The notes below the pieces were generated by a model, which had not been told where the DNA came from, did not search any database, and saw only the letters and a list, made by a program, of their open reading frames with translations. Below, piece by piece: positions 38,560 through 51,500 of a DNA stretch of 64,000 bases (positions are counted from its first letter, which is position 1; each line of letters starts with the position of its first letter). Made by a program: the position numbers and the translations under genes. The DNA is taken from positions 6,200,001-6,264,000 of the forward strand of contig OZ176056.1 of the NCBI GenBank assembly GCA_964247055.1, written 5' to 3'. The DNA comes from Paragordius varius. Taxonomy: Eukaryota > Animalia > Nematomorpha.

Positions 38560-38817
38560 TCAATGTTGTGATTTTTGATGTCGTTTAAGGGTAGTTTTGT
38601 AGAAAAAGCGTTTATTACAAACTTCACAACAAAACAATTGATTTTTGGTATGAACATTTAAGTGCATTGTAAGTTTATCAGATCTTGAAAAAGATTTTCC
38701 ACATTCCGTACAAACAAAAGGATTTTGTTTCAAATGTATTAATTTATGCCTTTCCAAGGTGTATTTTCGGGTGAAATTTGAATCGCATACTTCACAAGCG
38801 TATGTGCTACCCACCAT
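38560..38817 (-). CDS. Single-exon 85-aa protein made of three C2H2 zinc fingers
   Basis: Three C-x2-C-x12-H-x3/4-H units with 5-aa linkers. An in-frame TGA lies directly upstream of the ATG and no nearby acceptor AG is evident. Confidence 0.8.
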   Translation of the reverse strand: MVGSTYACEVCDSNFTRKYTLERHKLIHLKQNPFVCTECGKSFSRSDKLTMHLNVHTKNQLFCCEVCNKRFFYKTTLKRHQKSQH

Positions 38818-38872
38818 TCATAAAAACAGTCATCAACATAATTTGAATTTTATTAAAAATTAAACATTAAAG

Positions 38873-39308
38873 ATGCCTGGAGAAATTCGTTCAAATACTT
38901 CATCTCCTGATGACCAAGTTTAATATGTTTTAAAATTTTTTTAGAGTTTTCACACAGTAATTCCTCTATTAACTTGTCCGCATTTGGAAGATCTTAGGGA
39001 TAATCATAGAGAATGTTTTGACGCCATATCTGATACCGATATTAATATAAATGAGCCTTGTGGTATGTGTGGAGAAACCCTAGAAAATTGGATTTGCATT
39101 TTGTGTCGCAAAGTATGATGATATATTTGTCACTTTTTTGTCAAATATCTTAACAATTCAATTATATTACTACAATTAGGTATATTGTGGACGCTATAAA
39201 AGTGGACATATGTTAGATCATCACAGATCGGATCACCATAATTTAGCTATAAGTTTTAGTGACATTTCTTGTTGGTGTTATCCGTGCTCAGCTTACATTC
39301 ATAATTCG
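38873..39308 (+). CDS. HDAC6-type ZnF-UBP (BUZ) domain protein; exons 38873-38917, 38945-39112, 39180-39308; last exon uncertain (possibly 39337-39366)
   Basis: CPHL...CGMCGETLENWICILCRK|VYCGRYKSGHMLDHH..DHHNLAISFSDISCWCYPCSAYIH closely follows the HDAC6 C-terminal ubiquitin-binding finger. Confidence 0.85.
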
Positions 39309-39839
39309 GTATTTTTTTTCTCCTTTATTATTTTAGATTGTTTGGGGTTAATTAGTTATATTTAATATTTAAGTTAATTTCAAATTGCTAATGATATGTG
39401 ACAATTGTAAACTTTTAAAATATGATAATTATAAAATGCATCTGTACACACTTCGATATATATTATTATTTGGGATCGGAACGGGAACCATTTTTTTTGC
39501 TATTACAATTTTTTCATTAGCTCGGTTTTAAATAATTACTTTGAACATGGTTGCGATATCAAATAGTTTTGATTAATTTTTTAATTTAAATAAAATAAGA
39601 ATCAATATTTAACATTTAAATATCGTAGTCTAAAAAAATTAGCGGCTCTGGATTCAAAAACGGTTTTCAAAAAAGTAAGTCATTTTGGTCAAAAAACAGT
39701 TTGTTTTTATCATCTATTTCTATACAATAAAAATATTATTCTAATTTAACATCTAATAATTTAAATATTAATAAATCTCTGAACGAAACCGGGGGTATTA
39801 ATTCATACGGAATCTATATATTCTTAAAGATAATTGTAT

Positions 39840-40815
39840 CAGGATCAACATGATGCTTTTAGTTTTTCCCTTACGAGTGATATAGAAAATTATCCACACT
39901 TTTGTGGTAATTGCTCTATATCGAAAAAGTATAATTAAAAATATATCATAAACTATATTTAAAAAACAAAATATTTTTTTATATTTGGCTCAAAAAATCT
40001 TAATTTTTTGGACCTTTTTTATGTGGCCTAATTTCCATAAAATATATGTAAAATTCCGAGTCTAGACAATTTTTTTTATATATGCCAGATTATGTTATCA
40101 AAAAGATTTGTTCAAAAAAGTATACCTGTTTGAACATATAATACCCATCATTCGATAAACCGTGTTTATGGTATTTTTGAGTGTGATGAGAACGGTATAA
40201 AAGCATTTTAAGGCATATAACATCTTTTTTATGTAATTCGATCGCTATTTGCCTCCTAATATGAATAAAACATTGACTTCAAAATTAAGTATATTTTTTT
40301 TTAAAAAAAAACTATTATATTTACCACTCAAATTTGACGACAAACAAACGTTTTAAATTTATTTCCAAGCACAATATAGAGAAAAACTGTTCTTAACTTA
40401 AAGTGATTATCTAACGTTTTCATTATTACCATAAAATACGATTTATCAATATTTTGCTAAAAATTAAATTTTTGAACATACGCATATTTTAAAATGTATG
40501 TTTGATGTCATAATCTCTGGCATGTAATACGAATTATAATGGCACTCGAAATATGTTGCCTTTATATAAAAAAACTAGCCTATTTTAGACAGGACCAAAA
40601 ATTTAGTGTATCGAAGCCCTCATCTAAAATTTTATATTGATTTACTTTTGATTCATGATTATATTTTGAAATAAATCTTCTGTGGTTTTCTCCAAATAAA
40701 CTTATTTAACTTATGCTCAAACTTTGCGATTTTTTGACATGTAGTAATTACCACAAAAGTTTTAATTTTTTTTTATTCAAATGATTTGAGTCCCAAAATC
40801 AAAGAGAATCCCCAT
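39840..40815. repeat. Degenerate element with long imperfect inverted ends; related sequence at ~60690-60790
   Basis: cacttttgtggtaattgctcta pairs with tagtaattaccacaaaagt. The motif catgatgctttt(a)gttt recurs near 60707. Confidence 0.4.
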
Positions 40816-41394
40816 GCATTCTATGAAATATATTTCATCAAGCTATCTTTTTTTACACTGTATTCATGTTGAGCTAAGTGTATTTTATATAATTTAGGTG
40901 TAAAATACGTATATAAAATGAAAAAATTAGTTAATTATATTAAAGTTAGTATTTAGTCAATAATCCGGGGTTTTCTAGTTAACTAAATTGATTTTGATCC
41001 AGGTTGTAAAAGAGCCGTTTTTTCTGTTTATAACAATTTTTATCGATTCCTGTTTCGTTTCACATAGTGATTCTTGAAATATGTGTTTTTTTTTGAAAAA
41101 AAATGCGGTGTCTAAATATTTTTGAATTGACATTATGCTTAACATTTTCACGCACTAATATTACTATCAAAGCTGTTTAATCTATACTTCAAAAGACGCA
41201 ACTAAAATACTTATAATTGGATATTTGGCGCGTGTTGCCATTTATTTTACTTATTAGGCCTTTACCCCCAAAAATTTTTTTCAAGCTTAGAGATTATAAT
41301 GAATCTTCAAAATGTTCAGCGTGTAAAGGCCTTCAAATATTTTGTAACTCAGAATTTTTAATTTTTGAAGTAACGGTAGTTGTGGTCTTGTTAA

Positions 41395-41957
41395 CACTTG
41401 GATACAACACATTCATTTTAGTCCTTCGATTTAAATTGGGGTAGTTAAATACCCCAGGCCTGTTTAAAATTAAATTCTTTAAAAAATGTGGAAGGAATCG
41501 AAACCATGGCAAAATTTTGCACTTATATAACATTAATAAACCGAAATATACAAAAAAATTTATTCAAAAATAATTGATATTACTTATTTTAAGCTAAAAC
41601 CGAAGGTAAAAATTTAGTCAACGTGACATGTGTGCAATGGTAAAATTGAAAATATTAGAAAATAAACCGCTTTTTCTATATCTATCAATAGATGTAATTT
41701 AAATAAAAAATTAGCGTTAATATGTTTAAAATTACATGAAGACGATATTTTGCAAAAATTTTGTAAAATAAAAATGGCGTCGAAGTAGTTTGACATTGCA
41801 ACTTTTTTTTCAAAACAAAATTTAATTTGGATATTTTGGCATATTTTTATAATATATATTAGGATAGAAGCATAAATTTAAATTAAGACAGTTTCCTTCA
41901 GTAGTTTAACTCAAATTTAGTCTGGGGTATTTAGATACCCCAAATTGAATCGAAGTG
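41395..41957. mobile_element. piggyBac-like MITE (copy 2)
   Basis: TTAA|CACTTGGATAC ... GAATCGAAGTG|TTAA, with internal inverted ggggta..tacccc blocks. Confidence 0.75.
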
Positions 41958-42984
41958 TTAATGTTAAAACTCAAAATGTTGAATCGTTTTCTCTCCCATG
42001 ACCTAATATTTTTACATTGAAAAAATTGTTTTAAGTATATCCAGGAAGAAAATCTGTTATATTAATTTTTTATTGATATCTTAAACAGCTTTTAACACCA
42101 TTCAAAAATGCCATCTATATGAAAAAATTTGGGGAAATGCCACCTAGTGGATCAAACAATAGCTCATAACTTTTTTTAATAATACATATTATTAGACAAC
42201 CATATCTAGTCCGAATTTTATTTTATGTGGAATTACCAACTTATAATAAATTTTTTTGTATTTACTTAAATTTTTATTGTGCTGTTTTAAAATTGGGTAT
42301 TATCTTACAATATGATTAATATACATTGGTGGTTTTCATTAATTATTGCTAGTTTTCTTATAGAGCAAAGGGTAGTATAATTGGTTTATAAAAATTTTTT
42401 CGTTTAAGGCTCTTGTTGTATATGCTGTCTGGCAATAATAAATGAAAAACTAGCAATGTTTACTCATACAGTATATTATAAAACTAAAAAATAAAAATTT
42501 AAGATTCCCTTTTGTATGGTTAGTAACTGCCTTTTCTGTTTTTTGTGAAATTAGGTGATAAAATTGAGATATTAAATTACATTTAAAAATTACTTAAATA
42601 AATATTATAATTTTTACAAATTTAGTTTTTCTTAAAAAGGTCGCAAAGCTTTAACTAAGCCAATACTGTTTTTTCAAGAACATTTTCTATAATTTGTTTG
42701 ATCTTTTTTGTGAAATATCACATTAAGTTTAAATAACCGCGTTTTTTATGTACCTTTACTAAAAATAATTTTTATATAGTTTATATAAATTTATTATAAA
42801 AAATAACCGTTAGGTATAAATATTTAAACATTTTAATAAATTCTCTTTATTATTCAACATACTAGCTGTCTGTCTACTCAACGTAATACAAATAAAAGTT
42901 AATAAAAATTATATGTAGCTTTTCTTTCCCCTAATTTTAGCCATCTTAAATTGATTATATAAATTATCGTATATATTTTTAAGT

Positions 42985-43630
42985 CAAAACCAACATTTTT
43001 TCAAGCAAAAACAACATATTATTCAACCAAAGACAACTTTCTAGCAAAAGCAACTTTTTTTGAAAGAAAAACTTTTTTACTTTGTGACAATTTACTATTA
43101 AATATTTATTGTATTTTAAATTGATTAGTTAAATTTTAGCGTTGAATGATTTTTATTATCAAATCAATATTTTATGGTAAATTGATTTTCAAACATTTCA
43201 ATTTTTATGCATTTTTTAAGATCAACTTTATTTTATGAACAATATATTTATCAAATATTAGAGTTTTTTAATACATAACATGTTTTATAACAAAGATAAA
43301 GTTATTTTTTTTAAATTATTAATATTTTTATGGAATTCTACTTAAAATATTAAAAAATCCAATATTTGATGTTTCTAAAAGTTTATCTTTAAAAATAGTA
43401 TTTTTAATATAATACAATTAAAAATGTTTGAAAAACCGTTCAAATATTGCATACAAAAAAATCATAATTCAACACTATAACTAATCATTAAATAAATACT
43501 TGATAATAAAAATAAAAGAAAATTGTTTTAAATAAAAAAAATGTTGTTTTGCTTGAAAAATGTTGCGTTTGACTGAAAAAATGTTGCGTTTGGTTGAAAA
43601 AATGTTATTTCACTGAAAAATGGTACATTA
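42985..43630. mobile_element. Foldback MITE with 22-bp tandem arms (copy 3, long spacer)
   Basis: Reverse-complement units at ~42985-43070 and four forward units at ~43535-43630 ending ctgaaaaatggtacatt, as in copy 1. Confidence 0.6.
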
Positions 43631-44473
43631 AAACAATCAGACTATCGCATAACCTTCTTATAAAAATGAGTGTTTTGCGAATTCGATGTGCACATAATTA
43701 TTGGGATCCGCCGCACAAAATATATTTTTAATTGAAAATAATTATATTTAATACTATTTTTCAAAAGGGTCTAAAGCAGGAATGGCCACATGCGGCTTTC
43801 CAAAAAAATTTAAAAAACCAAATTAATACATTTTAAAGTTTATAAATATTTATTTGTCATTTACTTCATAAGTTAATAGTTTATTCAGAATTCAATCTAT
43901 TTTGTATTTATTTACATCATTAATTGTTCGGTAAGGGGATATTTTAAGGCCGTTTAATATTCATATATGTTTACCACATATTACCTAGATTTTTAATGTA
44001 CTATGAGATACAAAGAGTAAAAATCATTCTTTCAAAATTTTGATTGAAGAAGCCCGTAAAGATACTTAGATTTAAATTTTTTTATTTAAAATAAAATTTA
44101 CATTTTGATTTTTAAAAAGAGAGCAAATGTGAATATATTTTGTCAAATTTTTGATAAAATTATGTTTTTTCTAACGAGTTGGATTGTTAAGGATATGAAT
44201 AGTTATTTATAATCCTATATATATTTGATTTTTCGATTTCAAACTGCCCTAACCGATGTATTCGTGGAAAAGGCAAAGAATGCGGTCGCTGCATTCAAAT
44301 TTTAAAGTAAATTGGTTGAAAGAAACAATTGAAAAAGTCAAATGTGAAAACATATATTATGATAACTACCCGAAAAACATATAAATATTAACGGACACAA
44401 ATCGTTCAAAATTCAACATAAATACTTAATTTCTGGGCAAATCTAAGAAAAAACCCAAATTTATATTCTAGTT

Positions 44474-44704
44474 CAGGCGTGTTCAACACAACGGGTTTTT
44501 GGGCGGCATTTTTACTAAAGAACCCCGGTGGGGCGCATTTAAAATATATATGAAAATTAATAAATATTTTATTAGATTTCAAACATAGCGCTTTAAAATG
44601 CAAACACAATACAATCAGTTCGCATTTTTCAGAACGTTTAAGAAGTATTACTAAGATTTTTTAGCATATTTTCAAAATTTTTGACGGGCCCATGTTGGAC
44701 CCTA
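44474..44704. mobile_element. hAT-type MITE, 231 bp
   Basis: Perfect 8-bp TSD TTCTAGTT (44466-44473 and 44705-44712), with imperfect termini CAGGCGTGTTCAAC / GTTGGACCCTA. Confidence 0.7.
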
Positions 44705-45528
44705 TTCTAGTTCATTTATACCTTATCATTAACCATTATATAATGATAGTAATAATTTCTGTTAAAAAAGTTGCGTATCGGTGCAATGATTAAATTATTT
44801 GACACTGAAATTTACCAGTGTAATACTCAATGAGAGTTTGACGTATTTGTATTTGTTTATCAGATTAATTAGTTAATTGAAACCGATAAACCGCAAGCAG
44901 AAAACAAGTGGTAGCTTTTTAAATTAATTACTTCTTATATTACAAAAATATGGACTTAAACTTAATTGATGTTGAATTTTAGTAGATTATTAACATAAAA
45001 ATTATTTATTAATATTTTAAAATGTATAAATAAAGATAAATAATTTGGTTATTTTATAATCTATATGAACATTTATTTTCATTATATTTTGACATGACTG
45101 ACAAAAACATTTTATAACATATTATGTTAAAATGAACTTTTTTTAAAAAAATTGTTTGTTTTGGGTTCAATTAATTGGTAATTTTGATAAAGCCTTTTTT
45201 ATATAATTAAATAACCTGTCAAAAGTTTCCAAAAATTTAGCTAGATTACATGAGTTTATGAATTGATATAAAAAAGTAAAAAATAATTAATCAAATTCTA
45301 ATGGCGAGTATTCGTCTGACCCTTCAAAAATTAAAGTTTAGAAAAAAACCGTTAAAGTTCAAATTTTATTATATTAGTGAGACTTGTTTAATATATAACT
45401 GCAATTAAAAACAACTTCGTTTATTTGAAGACAAAAAAAGTAAATAATACGAAATAATCTTTTTTAACTATTAATCACCCAAGATCGTAAATCATCAATT
45501 TTTCAACAAATAGATAAAATTTGTTATT

Positions 45529-48500
45529 ATGTTTTATTCCCATGACATTCTTCAAAAACGCGGCGGAAAATTTGGAATCATTTGGTAAGTTTTCAATAAT
45601 TTAACTTATATATTGAATTAATTATGAGAATTTTTAACTATTTTAAGGCTAGCGGCCACCAGAAATAATCTAAGCAAAAGGGAATACTACAGTGTTAACA
45701 TTGTCAAAACATGGTAAATAAAACGACCGTTTATTGCTATTAATGATTAACTATAAATAAACTATAAAATTGATGTACAATATTTAGCCAAGAGATTATA
45801 GATTACATCCTTATCAGAGTTAAAGAAAAGGGTCAAACGGGTCAAAAAGTAAGACCCAAGTTTTCACTCTATCTATCGGCTCAACTCATGTTTGGAATCA
45901 TCAAAGTTTATTCCAAACAAAATGAATATCTGCTATGTAAGTTTAATTTATTTCATTAATATGAAAAAAAATAATCTAAAAATAAAAAATTATCCAATCT
46001 TAGATGATTTGACAAGTCTACATGCCCATTTCAGCATGATGAAAACTAGACTAACAAGCATAGATATGACTCCATCAAAGTAAGACTATTAGATTTTAGT
46101 ATATTTTGGAAAAAAGGGTATAATTTTCGATAGAAAGAGTCATATTATTGGTTAAAGAAGTCTTGTTAAAAGGGGAAAATATTAATTTATGTGACATTAG
46201 AATGTGCGAAAGATCCGGTATTACGTTGCAAGATCCCCTCAAAAATCCTTATTTCCTACCACCCTATCCTTCTTTGGGTAACAATGCGGACGATTCCCAA
46301 ATAATGGCATGGTTATCGCCCCAAATCGGGGCACTGCCAGCTTTTGATAGGGAATGGATTGATTCCTTCACGTGCATAAACACACCATATGATGTCCAGC
46401 TGTTTGATATTGCGTCACCAATGAGGCAACACCACCATCTTACAAGTGGCTTTAAAAAACGGCAGACGAAAAAACAAAAAGTTTTTAAAACTAAACTTAT
46501 AATAACTTTCAAGAGAAATATTGTTTATATGGATTTAAAAATTTGTTAATTGTAATATGATGTATGTAAGAAAATATATATTTCTCGTTTTGTAAAAGTT
46601 CTCTATAACCAATATTATACTGGATTTAGTTTTATTGTTTTATACAAAACTCACCATATAATTTTACATGGAATATATGTATTTAAGGACTACCACCCTC
46701 TTTTTTTAAGTTAAATATGTGACGGTGTTTCAAAAATATTTGATTAATCATAATATATCTTAAAAATCAAGAAATTAGACGACAATCTGGATGAAAACAT
46801 GCAAAGCGTTGCGGAAAAGGAAAATGCTTCCCAATACTGGAGAAATGGCACAAATTTTGGTATATATTTGTGGGTCTTTCATAGTATTAATGCATACGCA
46901 AAGATAATTTAATACATATTTTCTGGCTTTAGTTATAAACAAAATGTTACTCAATTTTAAGTATCATATTACGACATAAAGAACATAAATAGAAAATTGA
47001 ATTATCATTTTTCACCTCTTACGATAATTATTTTAACAAATTTAAATTTTTGAACCTTTAGTACTAATAATATTTGATTATGGATGTTGAAAACAAGAGT
47101 CTCTCCATAAAATATCAGATTAGAAGTAATAATATAAAAAACTTTTCCTCACTGTATAATTTACTTATGATTATAAATATAATTCCTACCTTATAAGAAA
47201 ATGATCCAATATCTTTGCTTATGGCTAAGCACACAGCTCGTAACAAATCGGATATTAGTTTATGGGATAATTTTTGCAGCCAAGAGGAAAGTCAGGATAT
47301 TCAATTTTTGGGCGTTCATGATTCCCATCCGCAATCCTTTAAACAACGGGATGCTACCACTACTATGGATCCTTTCAATCTTTCGCTTAGAGTTTATACT
47401 TTATAAAATTATGTATTTTGATGTGTTGAATTAAATTTAAGATGGATTTTACGGTGCAAAATGGGTTAATTTACAGCCTAGACCTATTTAAATTATTTTA
47501 TGGAATATATTGAAAGCTTATATGAATACTTCAAAGGATATATTTTGACAAAAATTTAGGATTATTCGATAATTAAAATGTAGAATCGTTAAAGTGCGAA
47601 TAAATTTTAGGTTTTCGAATGGAAATGCACTTGACATTTGCGCGATTGCTTATTTTTTTAAATGGGTTCCTTCACAAAAATTCGTATCAAAATAGATATA
47701 AATAATTGAAAATTGTCTAATTTAAATTATAAAAATAAAAGTAACGTTATATCAATGTGTAAATTTTTAAATTATCTTATAAGTTTATTTTGTTCTTAAA
47801 CCTTTACCAGTAATTTCTGTTTTTAAGGATGTATTAAAACCGATCGAGTGCCTTATTAAAATCCACAACTATTCTGAGGTTTGATTTTTTTAATGATATA
47901 TATATTTGACCAAAACTATATAGTTGACTTAAACCGTTATATTAATTAAAAACAATTTTTTAAGCCTAAACATAACATTCAAAAAACTATAGCTTTAAGA
48001 GCAGTTTTAAAAATTATTTGTATTGATTGGGTAGGTAGAGACTTTTCCAGTTAATTTATTAAGCAGTGGTTTATAAGAATCGAGTTTTGGATCTTACCAA
48101 ATTTTGTAAAAATTTCTGGTTTAGAAACAATAAGTTGATTGGTTATTGTTTATTTTAAAGATACCATTAGAAGATGATTTACCAACTATGACGGAAACCG
48201 ATATGCAAAGTTTGTTGGAAGGACCTAATATTACGACAGCAGGTTTTAGGGGTCTGTTTATATAATATTAAATAAATTTATTATTAATTTAAGCGTTAAG
48301 TATTCTTAAATATAATGCGATATGAATCAAAAGTAATTTTTTTCTTTTTAGCGTGATATGTCTAAATATAAACTTTATTCAGACGATTGTTAATTTTTTT
48401 AGACCCGTTTTGAGACTGCCTATAATCTTTTTATATCTCCAATTTATATATATGGTTGAGATTTAAAGATTTTTGTGGTACGAAAAACAAAATCTTATGT

Positions 48501-51500
48501 AGCTAATTAGTTAAATAGAATGACTCACTCTACTATAACATTTTTATAGAAGAATTATTAAAATAACTCCCAATTATATTCTTTTTGAATTTCCCTAAAT
48601 TTAATTTATTAAATTATTTTAAAAATTATTTATGGAATTAAAATAACAACTTGGTATATAAACACTTCAATTAGATATTTCGAATTGGGCCGTAAATTAG
48701 TTACTTTAACAAAAATTATAATCTATCATTTGAAAGGTTAAAGTACCAAAAATTTTTCAACCATATTAAAATATTTTAGATCAACTTAAATTTAGTAACC
48801 AACTACTTAGTAGAAAAAAAATAAACTAGTTAAAAAAATTATATATGCATATTTAGATCAAACATTGGGCGATTTAGGTTCCCAAATTCCTGGGCCCTCG
48901 CATGCATGGAAAGGGGATAACCTTTATGGCATTGATAGGTTATTTTTATATTTCTAAATATATAACTGTTTTAATTATAAGTTTAGCTACAAGGAGATTA
49001 TAAAAATAGCAGTCGGAACCAGGGTAGGTTTTTACGTTCATAAAGGAAGATTTATATTTTTGCATACCGAGAATAAAGTCAATTAGGTTTCTATGACTCT
49101 TGCAAGGTGAAATCCATGTGTAGAGCCTTCGCTTAGGTTGTTGGAAAAAGGAGTTTGAGATGAAGAATTTATGTTCGCTGCAAAATTCTATGAGGCGGTA
49201 TCCTCTATCGTTTTTGTTTCTCAGTCCTTTCCCATCAGGGATTTGATGTGTATTATCGTTACCTACTATCGCGTTAAAGTCGCCCAATACAAATATCATG
49301 TCATTTTTAGGAACTTTCTCAATAGCTGAATTGAGATCCTCGTAAAATTGTTCGGAGTCTTCTTCGTTGTTAGAGTTAGTAGGGACATAGATTTGGAAAA
49401 TCGTTATTGGTTGTGGAGACGAGTTTAATCGAAATGATATTATGCGATCGCTGTGTGGATGGTGAATTTCAGATGAGTTGGCAATTGATTTGGTCACTAT
49501 TAGGGCCACTCCGTTTCGTTTAAGGGTATCATGACCTGAGTATAATAGGATGTGATTTTCATATTCTATGTGGCCGTTTAATGGGATGTGGGATTCTGCT
49601 ATCCCTAATATACTTATGTCGAGTTTCACCATTTCTTTTATGATAACTTCGATTTTGTTGGTGGTGCCGCGTGAATTCCATGTACCAATACGATTTCAGC
49701 ATAAACTAAATTAGATTTCTCTGCGATCTCCCCCGAGTTTCTTTTGTTACTTGAAAACAGATTTAAAACACTCGAAATTGACGATGACGCTGAAAATCTT
49801 TGGAATACAATACAAAATATCACTAGCACTACAGCCAGAGAATGCATCCCTATCCAAAAATCCCATCTTAACAAAATTAAGCTATCACAAAAAAGTTTAG
49901 ATTTAGCGGACATACGGCGCCAAGCAAAACGAATAATAACACGGCAGAGTACAAATCACTTAACGCAGAGTTCCAAAAAAGCGCTCGGGAAGAAAAAACG
50001 ATCACTACAATCAGCTATGCTTAAAATTAGAAAAAGCTGCTAAATATAACAACAACTACTTTGCTGAAGTAGATCACATTGCTCCACGTAGGTCAAGGCC
50101 CAAAGGAAGATGGAGATATCATCACAGACAAAAAAACACTGGTGGAACAATGGGAACAATATGTATTAAAATTATACGGATCCAGTCCATCGAACGCCGA
50201 TAAAAACAGTAATGTCTATCAACATGACCCGCCGATCATCAAAGAAGAAGTTGAATGGGCGCTCAATCATTCCCCAAACAACAGATCTGAGGGGTACAAC
50301 GATATTCCAACCGAACTCATTCGTTTTATCCCAATTCATATCCTAACTGCCTTATTCCAAAGGATATTTGCTCATGCCTCGTTCCCCCAAGATTGGTGCA
50401 AATCAATACTCATCCCCATCTTGAAAAAAGGCGATCCTAAATCATTTATCAACTATAGAACTATAGCGCTAATCAACCAAGAAGTCACAGGCGTATCCAA
50501 GGCATAATTGAAGCCGAACTTTCTAATACTCAAGCGGGATTTAGATCCAATCGCGGATGCAGGGACATGATCAGCAATATTCGTTGGATATTCGAAAAAC
50601 AAATTGAATTTCAGAAAGAAACTTATATCTGCTTCATTGATTTTTCAAAGGCCTTCGACAGCGTGAAGCACGACACGCTGTGGAAGGCACTATCTCAGAT
50701 TGGAGTTTCAGATCACATTTTAAACATCATCGAATCCCTTTACTCCAATTCATCATTAACCATAAAAACCCCACACGGCACAAGTAATTGGATACGAATG
50801 AACATTGGTTTACGACAAGGATGCGTCCTTTCACCGACTCTTTTTAACGTTTGCATAGAAAGTGTATTAAGAAATATAGAGAGAGCTAATGGCATAAGCA
50901 TCGGCAATATCATATCATCATTTCACTATGCTGACGACACTATACTGCTGTCAAATAGAGTGGACAACCTAAAAAAACTCTTAACTGAATTCTCAAATGA
51001 AGGTCAAAAATTTGGATTGACGATCAACTTTAAAAAAACTAAAATCATGATTATAAACGCTCATAACCACTATAACAACTTATCTTTTCACAACCAACAA
51101 ATAGAAGTAATGTTCCAATTTACCTAGGCAGTCTTATAAATACAACTAACAACAGCACCCCAGACATCAAAAGAAGAATAGGAATTGCTAAGACAAAAAT
51201 GATAAAATATAATAAACTATGGTCATCACACGACATCAAACTTAAAACAAAAATCCGTTTAGTTAAAGCCCTAATATTTCCTAGCATGCTATATGCATCA
51301 GAAAGCTGGACAATAAAAAAGGTAGACGAAAAATACATTAACGCCTTTGAAATCTGGTGCTGGCAGGAAAGATAAAGTAAAAAACACTGTAATCCTTGAC
51401 AAAATAAACCCCGAGATACACTTGATTGGCATGTGCCTCAAAATGAAATTATCATACTTTGGTCACATTACCAGAGCTAATGACTTGGAATTTTAACTAA

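Noticed and set aside
27400-38872. Upstream HDAC6 deacetylase exons for the ZnF-UBP domain
   Set aside because: No HDAC catalytic motifs were recognised on the plus strand; the region holds transposons, ZGPAT and the C2H2 gene.
43535-43630. Regular ~22-bp repeats superficially like a CRISPR array
   Set aside because: The units are contiguous with no unique spacers, the context is eukaryotic, there are no cas genes, and they form foldback arms.
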